Assembly (NCBI GenBank): GCA_040285825.1
Contig: JAUPSS010000007.1
Span: 1,264,501 to 1,328,500, forward strand
DNA from: Eukaryota sp. TZLM1-RC
Lineage: Eukaryota; Protista; Metamonada: BaSk clade
Reading direction: 5' to 3'
Length of the DNA: 64,000 bases
A program made the translations under genes and the position numbers. This document shows, piece after piece, positions 49,801 through 58,998 of this stretch; within the stretch, counting starts at the first letter, position 1, and the number at the start of each line of letters is the position of its first letter. A model generated the notes under the pieces. It was not told the DNA's origin and ran no database searches. It saw only the letters and a program-made list of their open reading frames with translations.

Positions 49801-51677
49801 ATTGTTGAAATGATTGACAGATCTGGAGCCTTTATAGTATTAGGAGAGACTGATTCTTTGATGTGATTCAAGATATTTAATAGACCATTTCTTTTTTCAA
49901 CCAAATCATCTTGAATTAATTTTTTCTTTCCTTTTTTAATTTCTTTTGGACCAAGAATTGCATTTAAAATATCAGTAACTAGGGCTAAAATGAAATCAAT
50001 TTGGCCAGAAAATGGTCCAGAAAGGCAAAATTTCGACACCTTCTCACAGGATTCCCCCATAAGCCCAAGATAGACAATTCCAAACGCTAACCACCGCAGC
50101 CCCATTTTAACCTCAATCAAATCATCGACATCAATCAAATTTTTGATTAGATTCTCGACAGTAAATAAGCAATTACAAGCTGAACAAAACCAAAATTCTT
50201 GGGACTCAACATTTGCGCAACCAACTTCACACTCAGTATGAAGCCAAAATCCACAATAATCACAGCAAACTGCGGTTTTATTTTCAGAAAAAGTATTACA
50301 GAGACACTTCACTAGTGAAGTATCAGTATTAGGTTCAATTGCCAGAGTAAATAAATGAGGAATTCCCTCACAACAATTTAGTTTTTTTAATAAATTTCCA
50401 AGTAGTTTAATAAGTTTTTGTTTTTCTCTGTAACCTATTTTTGAATCTGGTCTCAACTCATTAATAATGGACATTAAAATGGAAGAAACTGTGAGATAGC
50501 TGGAAAAAGCTTCTGGAAACAAAAGCAGCTCAATGATGTCAGCAATGACGTCATCAGCTCCTTTTTGACCTTCAATCAATGCTGTGATTAATTTTGAGCT
50601 GATTGATTGTGATAATTGTTTCATTTCACTAATATTGTCAAAACAAGCTGCTGGTAGTGCCACAATGAATTGGGCAAAAAAACTAATTTCTGATTCGGAA
50701 TTTCCAACAAATATTTTAATTCTCAATAAATTCGGATTTATAAAAGACGAAAAAATTGAAAAAAGTTCGGAAATAATTGAGTCGGATTTACCGTTTGAAG
50801 CTGAAAATAAAAGAAAACGCAAAACTTGATTGGAAAATGATTGCATTTTTGATTGTTGACTGCGACTGATTGATTCTGTCGATGTTACTAAAAAAGGAAA
50901 AAATGACGTGATAAGGGAGTCAACAAAATCAAGTGTTAACGGAAGGAGATCACAAATGGAGACTATTATTGAACCAATGGAGTCAAAGAGATTCTGTTTT
51001 ATTAACCCTTTGGAAACGTCATCAATCAAAATTTTTGACCCTATGCAAGTAAGTCTCACCATTGAATAGACCAAATCGTAATTACCAAATCTATTGTCTT
51101 CATTCTTAAATAATAAACATAATGATTTGATAAATGAAAAGATTGACGAAATAAGGTCAAAAATAACTGAAACCTGACCGTCATCAAGGGTTAACAGCTC
51201 ATCAATCAATCGTGAGAAAAAGAGACTAAATACATTGATGCAAAAATCGATTGTGTCTAAAGGCAAAAGTATTTCAAATTCCTTTACAATGTCATTTGTT
51301 ATAACAACTTCTGCTTCAATATAATGTGCGATTCTTGAAAATGCGGTGGTTAAGCTACCTAGACCCACGTGCTGATTTTCGATTAATTGGTCAAAAAAAG
51401 TCCTACTGACTGCAGAAGACCCGAGTGAAGGGGTGAGTAACTGGGTAATGGCTTTCAAAGAAGAAGTACATGAGAGGGGCAGAAAGGAGAATCTGTGAGA
51501 GGATGTATGAGGACGTTTTGGGTGGGCGTCGGATCGTCTTCGTCGGGAGAGTTTAAGTTTGAGGGAATGTGCAAAGGAGTGTTGAGAGTCTTCTTGTGAT
51601 GATGGATAATAGGAGGATGTGGTTTGGGAAGCTACGCTTTGGGAGAGAGGATCTTGGGACGACTCAGAAGGATCCAT
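46890..51677 (-). CDS. SCC2: Cohesin loader Scc2/NIPBL with an internal PHD finger
   Basis: HEAT motifs FLKDDSATVK, DDVSVSVRAKVLNIVK and LTDPEDSVRD follow the NIPBL order. PHD: CLC...CDYCGFWLHTEC...WFCSAC. Basic C-terminal tail. Likely start MDPSESSQ. Confidence 0.8.
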   Translation of the reverse strand: MDPSESSQDPLSQSVASQTTSSYYPSSQEDSQHSFAHSLKLKLSRRRRSDAHPKRPHTSSHRFSFLPLSCTSSLKAITQLLTPSLGSSAVSRTFFDQLIENQHVGLGSLTTAFSRIAHYIEAEVVITNDIVKEFEILLPLDTIDFCINVFSLFFSRLIDELLTLDDGQVSVIFDLISSIFSFIKSLCLLFKNEDNRFGNYDLVYSMVRLTCIGSKILIDDVSKGLIKQNLFDSIGSIIVSICDLLPLTLDFVDSLITSFFPFLVTSTESISRSQQSKMQSFSNQVLRFLLFSASNGKSDSIISELFSIFSSFINPNLLRIKIFVGNSESEISFFAQFIVALPAACFDNISEMKQLSQSISSKLITALIEGQKGADDVIADIIELLLFPEAFSSYLTVSSILMSIINELRPDSKIGYREKQKLIKLLGNLLKKLNCCEGIPHLFTLAIEPNTDTSLVKCLCNTFSENKTAVCCDYCGFWLHTECEVGCANVESQEFWFCSACNCLFTVENLIKNLIDVDDLIEVKMGLRWLAFGIVYLGLMGESCEKVSKFCLSGPFSGQIDFILALVTDILNAILGPKEIKKGKKKLIQDDLVEKRNGLLNILNHIKESVSPNTIKAPDLSIISTIKTAIKSVNLNHFPMTSSIKSSWAISLFLSFVPTLSGHSIFTTQTHNFIFQKLISFAFTAPPAIKSWAVKAVLQTAATINSSDLHRQLIEILPNFLKDDSATVKTTTIGFIFDLIDDKLKSNLIESEILETVENYVSMILSVADDVSVSVRAKVLNIVKILLLKNLQNNSITIKLITSLLTFLTDPEDSVRDHAISLSFDLFFSSLPNFEPFTMTPLMLREEINPGSLKNRAKILILMAQSNLNIELLNESIPEYLVLREENLKPGQLKTRQIFVCLMKYLVKSCENLLNEKEITVENLSFVHCLVQIFNSFAKILAHLMADLFSDDLLIALLNPPAPRSDKNDTSPKSDTSSDQITVMTHRALISDSLDLFLMIISHILPGRPTETTSTILMDKCIKVSLQEQISSPNSIYSAAKLVGILSENHVNRSKIIDGVKGFLKKLTGIAFVADKSLLVTSTDDLCSLLLKSNENLANISKYSVNTPHRLLSAVTAFVMSFTDLQLSSVLNFLIICHYVAFRQLGVFLSLEETKNEQSFIQMSTLTVPSAFWIIDRFPKLSTFICSILGNWKLVTSPSRHQITILTQLITNSVSVLQKEGKIVQNSENLSSDEGDNCSVCIATKFLPMIKRALSTRQSNCNQSDLIGLWSSCTNFLEVLSNFGLVLPSELAVIFSQLIFTPLHVPNFENLDYNADEFSTLFTNCASIRLKSAQSITNLLNRFESIVCPVISKGLLTVLVNHITSPSQEWQQYFYIQINELFNLIQHKRYLFRTFISDLLRFPFAQNLPNQSNFDYCRLVLMETIIRCTVHFPFHNFDQVLFTCSKLGSFQDQVLKVIENLENLIFEKVENEDTIELIPKELSEDQILKNRSLDIDCRWQILASAAQKALLHLYDITPAKLESFSEGDPLRQHCQGVQILEESKYRSSNQILDDVSSIELGDFHSIHQILINQESFISTRLTKRKSDKKGKKKKK

Positions 51678-52154
51678 TGAGAGAGAAAGGGAGAAGAAGA
51701 AAGATAGGAAGAAGAGAGATCGAATAGTGAAAGCGTATCTGACCAACGCACGTTAGGATATGTATCACCAATAACACTGGGGAGGGAAGGTGAAACCGGG
51801 TAGTGCAGGGAAGATGGACTATATCTGTACAATTTAGTGGTGTTTTTCTTTTTGTATAATTATGAAATCCTCTTACACCACACCACTTCTTTCACCAACA
51901 CCATTCTTCTTACCAACACTTGAACGAACACTATAATAAAACATGAATCGATAATATTTTATTTTGGAACTATTAGTTATGTGGTGAGTATTAGCACTTT
52001 TAGTTACAATTTAAATCACATATAATACTACCGTCACTAATATTATTTATTATTATTTATATTATATTATATAAATATTATTCACTAGTATTTACACAAA
52101 CTATTATCAACCACGCACATTCAAAACAGTGAAGGTTCAGAAATAAGTTAATAA

Positions 52155-52520
52155 CCAGAAAATCTGCTTTCTCAAGAGTCCGAACCTGAATTCAAGGGGA
52201 TAGGTTTCACTCATAGCAAAAAAGTGAAAACACCACGCAAGGCGTTTCTCAAGTTGTTACAATGTTCATATGCTAATGTGAAGATCGAAGATGAATATAT
52301 GACATCCGCAAAGGTGAAGTGCTGCAAGATGCTACACCAAAAGATATATCGGGAAGCTGATGGTGAAGTTAAAGTTCACAACGCCTATTTCAGTTGTCCG
52401 GAATGTAATCAAGTTTTGTCTAGAGACATTTCTGCATCACTAAATCAGCTAGAAATTGCAGTTAGTGAGCACTACTATGGAACAAGACCAGAAGCGTTCT
52501 AGAGACCACAAAGAAACTAG
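52155..52520 (+). pseudogene. Second, unrelated Fanzor-like relic (3' part only)
   Basis: RuvC-II EDEYMTS, Zn ribbon CC..H / CPEC, RuvC-III SRDISASLN, and C-terminal GTRPEAF. Confidence 0.78.
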
Positions 52521-52639
52521 CTTCAAAGCTACGTATTGTTCTAGAGGAGAAATGGGCTCACTGAGATTGGTGGTCAATTATTCGAGGATTCTAGAACGTC
52601 TGTGGACGATCTCACCAAGAATGTAAGTTCTTGGAATAT

Positions 52640-52820
52640 CAATTCCAGAAAACCTCAGAAACAGACTTTGTTTTTTATACGTGGTTTAGTTCTAACTGCC
52701 AATCCCTGGAAAAATGTCAATTGACACAAACAACCGAAAACTGTTTTTCACTGGCCTAATATGAAAAAAGTTCATATAAACCAAGTGAAAAGATTTCCAA
52801 CTTGTCAAAATACGACCCGC
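52640..52820 (+). mobile_element. Decayed chromovirus integrase fragment
   Basis: Aligns by eye to 29600-29780 (ctggcctaatatga...ccaacttgt). Confidence 0.7.
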
Positions 52821-53048
52821 TGTATCAATTATTTTAACTCTATATAGATTTCAACAATCATGTAAATCATTAGGATTATTTCTGATACAATATTTTTGAT
52901 AACAACAATAATAATGCATAATTTTCAAAAGGTTTTATTGATGCTTATTCTGGTAAATATAATTGAATCATAAGTATTGAAAAAATAGATTAACAGCAGC
53001 AAAATCGCCATTAATTTTTTTCACAATCAATTGTCGTATTTTGATGTT

Positions 53049-53589
53049 AAATACTTTATTTGAATTTGCACACTTGATTAAATTAAATCATAACTAATGG
53101 GACGACTATCATTAAACCAAGATTTCCTCTACAAAATCTTGATTTGCTTGCTGTCTAGTTAAAGCTTCTCTAATTCGATTGAAAAACCGCGGTAATCTAT
53201 TAATAATGGCAAATTGAATCCGTGAACGCCATAAAAAAATATCAAATCTTTTCATTGTTTTTTCTTTCACCATTTTTTGGAAGTCATCCAAGAAAGTTTC
53301 TGCTTCAACTGATAATCTTCCATTTATCGAAAATGGGAAAGCAATAAAAACCAGCTGTGTATTTCTATCGACATTTGCATCTTCAATTTCTTTATCATAT
53401 TTTCTATGTTTTTCTTTTGCTTTAAAATCCAGAGCAGCCACAGGATTAAGTTTTCTTCTGTGAACCAAAGTATCGTTTGCAACATTACATGAGACAAAGT
53501 CAACAATAGCTTCAGAATTATCAATCCAATCACAGTATACATCACCTCTATCATCAGAACCAAAATTATTCAGAGAAAGTGTTTCTTTC
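53049..53589 (-). mobile_element. 5'-truncated family A copy with probable 11-bp TSD
   Basis: Near-identical to 16848-17380. ATTTTGATGTT occurs at 53038-53048 and 53590-53600. Confidence 0.88.
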
Positions 53590-53684
53590 ATTTTGATGTT
53601 TAAAATAATTAGAAGAAAAATGACAAAATCCGTACCAAGTACAACAAATATAATAACATCCTTTTCCAACGATTTTTGCACCAA

Positions 53685-55871
53685 TTGCCAGACCATGTAT
53701 TACCCAAGTTCTTGAAGTTTTGGATCAATTAGATGACTTTGCTGAAGAAGGTAATGAAAATCCAATCAATGACAACAATGATGTTCAAGCACAACTGCAA
53801 TCTCTTCAACAACTCCACAATTGAGTCTCTACGAAAAAATGTTGTTGATCTGGAGGTTTCCAATCAACAACTCACCAGCAATTTGACAGAACGGGATTCC
53901 ACAATTGCCCGGTTGGAAGAACAAAATAATGGTCTGGTTGCCGGAAATGCCAGTACGGAGCAAGCTCTCAATGCCACTATTGCCACGAAAGATGCCGAAA
54001 TTGTAAATCTTGCTTCTACTGTTAATGATTTGGAAAATCAAAACAGTCTACTGAATAGAACTAATTCTGAATTAGGAAGCCGAATTGCTGACCTTGAAGC
54101 GTTGTTGAGTGGGTGCCATTGTAGTTATCCTTTAAACAATATCGATGATAATCATACCCCTTCTAAGGAAGAAATTTTGGAAGACATCAAGACGAATGTG
54201 AATTGGGATGGATTGGGGGATAGGGTGCAGAAGGGTGTTGAGGGATTGGTTGATGGTTCTATCACTGAATTGCAGCTTAGTGTCAGAAACATTGTTGATG
54301 AAAGCGCTAGTGAGCTCGTTGGTGCTCTGAAGGGTAATATTACTGCTCCATTCCGTCTTTTTGAAGTCTATGTTACCAATGAAGGCGCTAGTGCTCTTGC
54401 CCGTGCTCTGGAAAGAAATTCCACTCTAGCTACATTGTCTCTTGGCGTCAATCAGATTTTTGTTAAAGGCGCTTGTGCTCTCGCCCGTGCTCTGGAGAGC
54501 AACTCAACTTTGACTACATTGGATCTTCGGTTTAACTGCATTGCTGATGAAGGCGCTTGTGCTCTCGCCCGTGCTCTGGAGAGCAACTCAACTTTGACTA
54601 CATTGGATCTTCGGTTTAACTGCATTGCTGATGAAGGCGCTTGTGCTCTCGCTTGTGCTCTGGAGAGCAACTCCACTCTGACCACATTGAATCTTAGTCG
54701 CAACGACATTGAGGTTGAAGGCGTCTGTGCTCTTGCCCGTTCTCTTGAGAGCAACTCCACTCTGACAGTATTTGCTCTGAATGAAAACTGTATTGCCGAT
54801 GAAGGCGTCTGTGCTCTTGCCCGTTCTCTTGAGAGCAACTCCACTCTGACTGTATTTGCTCTGAATAAAATCCATATTACCAATGAAGGCGTCAATGCTC
54901 TCGCCCGTGCTTTGGAGAGCAATTCTACTCTGACTCAATTGTATCTTTGTTGCAACACCATTACCAATGAAGGCGCTAGTGCTCTCGCCCGTGCTTTGGA
55001 GAGCAATTCTACTCTGACTCAATTGTATCTTTGTGGCAACAACATTATCGAGGAAGGTGCTAGTGCTCTTGCCCGTGCTCTTGAGCGAAATTCGACTCTG
55101 TCCCAATTGTATCTTACTCAGAACAACATTACCTCTGAAGGCGCTAGTGCTCTTGCCCGTGCCCTGGAACGAAATTCTACTCTGACTGCATTGAATCTTG
55201 GGGGCAACAACATTACCTCTGAACGCGCTAATGCTCTTGCCCGTGCCCTGGAACGAAATTCTACTCTGACTGCATTGAATCTTGGGGGCAACAACATTAC
55301 CTCTGAAGGCGCTAGTGCTCTTGCCCGTGCCCTGGAACGAAATTCTACTCTGACTGCATTGAATCTTGGGGGCAACAACATTACCTCTGAAGGCGCTAGT
55401 GCTCTTGCCCGTGCCCTGGAACGAAATTCTACTCTGACTGCATTGAATCTTGGGGGCAACAACATTACCTCTGAAGGCGCTAGTGCTCTTGCCCGTGCTC
55501 TGGAGAAGAAATTTTTAAATAGGAGGAGCAATTCCACTCTGACTGAATTCAATCTTTCCAGCAACAACATTTGCAATGTCGGAGCTAGTGCTTTCGCCCG
55601 TGCTCTGGAGAGGAATTCCACTCTGACTGAATTGAATCTTACTCAGAACAACATTACCGATGAAGGCATTACTGCTATCGCCCGCGCTCTGCATCGAAAT
55701 TCGACTCTGAGCCAATTGCATCTTTCCCATGAAGGCGTCAGTGCCGATGATGGCGTTGATGCTCTTCGTGACCAGGAGAGCAATTCCACGCTGAGTGAAT
55801 CCGAGGACTTTAAATTGCTTCTTCATCATCTGGACACTGAATTCGAGTTACTGACTGAATTTGATCTTTAA
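53685..55871 (+). pseudogene. 5'-truncated paralogue of the RING-kinase-LRR gene (coiled coil plus LRRs); a 712-aa ORF remains open
   Basis: 53685-54210 is near-identical to the reverse complement of about 1935-2455, with a +4 frameshift near 53803. An 84-bp LRR array spans about 54370-55800. Confidence 0.8.
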
Positions 55872-56282
55872 GACCCTGTGACAACAGGGTTCGAGTCCTA
55901 TCTGCTACACTTCCGGCAAAAGGGGACCCCAAAGTGGAAGCCAGCATTTCCTTTCCCACTATCTGGGTCTCACTGCATGGTGCTTGATCAATGAGGGTGA
56001 TATCGAAGATTGGGCATTTTAGGCTTCAGTGGCCGTTGATTTTAGGCCTTTTCACTGTGAAATTTCCTTCTTTTTTCACAGATAATTGTGATTTTGTAGG
56101 ATTTATGACGAGAGTTACAGACGTGTATCTCACTAGTAATAAAACAGAATTGTTTGTCATTATTGTTTCTGTTAAATTTTATCAAATAACTAATTTCATT
56201 GTCGAAATAAATAAATTTGGTCAATATTGTTTGGTTTCCTCTTCAAAAAATGGTCTAACATTAATCCTTACAAAACCGTCTA

Positions 56283-56470
56283 TGATTGGATTCAACTACA
56301 TAACCCATTTCTATTAATTCGTCGAATGTTTTGTTGGCTATTTTCATCTTGCCAGGGTTTAACCATCTATCAGCATTGTATACAATAACGTTTTTTTCGC
56401 GAACGAAAATTATAAGAGGACTATAATCAATACCCTGTTTGTTTGGATTTTCACTGAAAACATTGCAGAA
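56283..56470 (-). mobile_element. Chromovirus RT N-terminal fragment
   Basis: VFSENPNKQGID...FDELIEMGYVVESN matches ORF 27902. Confidence 0.75.
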
Positions 56471-56939
56471 AATTACAGTCATTATATCCAACAAAATGAA
56501 ACTTTCATCTACTAGGTAATATAACATCACCTCTATTATTTATATGAAAATCAACTTCAGTATAAAACAGATTTGACAAAAATCAGCTTCCAAAAAAGAT
56601 TCAATTCCATGACACTTCGCTTTAGAAAACTTTAAGGGTACCACTTATTTTAATATTATACATCTAGAAACCATGATGATCCATAAAATCATAAAGATAT
56701 CACAAAATGCAAAAAATGTTTTTAATGATGGACGTGTTTAATAATTGATTTTTGCATATTAATTTTACACATTATCTGTTGGAGCAGTCGGTCTGCTCTT
56801 TCCCACTGTCCTGGTCTGTATGGTGCTTAATCAATGACGGTGATACTGATGATTGGGCATTTCAGGTTTCCGTGGACCTGGTTTTTCTCGCTTAAATTTC
56901 CTGTTTTTGCTAGAGGATTAATCTCTGGATTTACCATAG

Positions 56940-58640
56940 TGTATCTATAATCAGCATCTATCTTCAACATCCCCTTAAAAACAGAAAACACAATTCCAAT
57001 GTGTCAAAATAAACTGTTGAAATTTCTCTTACATCTCGTCACAACAATCTCATCATCATGAAATGTATACTCGTTGAAGCAAGTCAAGCAATAAGAGATA
57101 TCTCAAAAAATGGTTGCAAACTGTATTATACATGCTGTTGATTGGTCAATTTGGTCAAAGATTCATTGTAAATTAAAATGATCACGAATATTGGGATAAA
57201 CAAGCATTTCATTCAAGGCATAACAAAGATGGATCAACAAACATAACATCCAATAAAATAAAGCTTTCGACTAATCCAGGTAATAATACATCACTATTAT
57301 CATGTTTATAGAAATCACCATCAGCAACAAGAGGTTCCGAAAAGTACTCAATTCTATGAGACGTATACATACAATATATTTGGTCTCTCACAGCATCGTA
57401 AACCTTGCTTTTCTGTTGAAAAAAAATCATAAAATTTGCTATATAACTTTCCAAGATGTAGTTCATTATGAATAAAATTTGCAAAAGAACAAACAACACA
57501 CATTGTTTTTAAATTCAAAATCGTCAAACATTAAAAAAAGATGTTCATTGAATCCACCATTTCAAGAAACTAGAGCACATGTTTTAATGAGAAGATCATG
57601 AGAGGTGATATACTCAATATTTTATCAGAAATGTATCAGGGTACCATGAACTTCAATATTATACATCTAGAAACCATGATGATTTATAAAATCATATAGA
57701 TTTTTTAAAATCCAAATGTTTGAATGAACGTTTTTAACGATGGACGAAGTTGATATTTTATATTTATTTTAGACTTTTTCTATTCAACGTAGTTAAATTA
57801 GCTGGTTTCTACAATCGCTTTAGTAATTCAAATGATGTGAATGGGACAACAATTGTGTGGAAAGATATTATATCATTGAAAAAAGCAATATAAAACCATC
57901 ATTGTAATGGAATGAAAAAGTGAGATAGAATTGAAAAAATTTAATAGATGAAAGTATTTTTTGTACAAAAATAGACCTAATTGATCACCTCGTTCCGTAC
58001 CAGACGATAATTTTAGACCAAATGAAGCCAGTATTGATTCTAATTCTTTACCATAAAATTGGAAGAAAAAACTCTATAACTCAGGAAAATCAGATTTAAC
58101 TTCAACAAATGTTCTTCGCTTTACAGAATTAAAAGCATTTTTGAAGTAACGATTGAAAATACAGTAATTTTTCTCTGCTTTAAAAAAAGCATCAGAGGCA
58201 ATGGCAGCAATAAAAGCATTATCAATGGTTTTGATTCCAAATTGATGAGGATTCAAAAATGTGGAAGCTTTTTCTTTGACATGATCGAAGACAATTGATG
58301 TCAGCAAACGAGATAGAGATTCACAAACAGCAATTGGGCGTATTCCATCAAATTTAATTCTATAACCTGGCCTTACTAAAGCAATCAGACGTGTAGCAAG
58401 TAATTCGATAGGAGAATGAATTTTCAAAACAATTAATTGTTGAAAATAATTGGCAAGGTCATTAGCAATTTCGGGAGCACTGGAGCACGCTATTTTTACA
58501 AAATCAAAAATACTCCAGATGGGCCTGCTGTCTTTCCTTGTGGTAGTTTTTGAATAGCTTTAAGAACTTCAATGTAATATCGGGATTATGTTATATCGTG
58601 AACTTCAATCTGTGAGTGAAATTGTTGTTTCAATTGATTA
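56940..58640 (-). mobile_element. Highly decayed RLE non-LTR element (family C-like)
   Basis: RT GIRPIAVCESLSRL..HQFGI..FKNAFNSV, and RLE DAVRDQIY..EPL..ILLDV. Confidence 0.7.
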
Positions 58641-58794
58641 ATTGGAATCAATGGCACCAAATTTTGTAATTGAGTATAACCCAATCGCTGATTCAATAAA
58701 TCCATTGTCATTTATAAATTCAGAGATGTCAATAACATCTTCATCTCTTATGTTTATGTATAATTGCATTTGTACCAAATTGTTTATTATTTTT

Positions 58795-58973
58795 ATTTAT
58801 TTATTTATTGTGCGAAGAAACAAAACAAACTAAAACACATAAGAAATAAAATTCTTCACGCCAACTCTTGATGAATCCTCATACAGCTTGGACATCATTA
58901 AATTTAAGTACTTTGGAACACTTCTGTACAAAGCAAAAATGATACGATTCTTCCATAAATTCCCTGCAAAATT
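58795..58973 (-). mobile_element. Family B 3' end
   Basis: Matches 3880-4043. Confidence 0.75.
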
Positions 58974-58998
58974 CTGACCACATGAACGAATTCAATTA

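Noticed and set aside
55860-55910. tRNA gene
   Set aside because: Only a T-loop/B-box is present; no acceptor stem or D-arm can be built.
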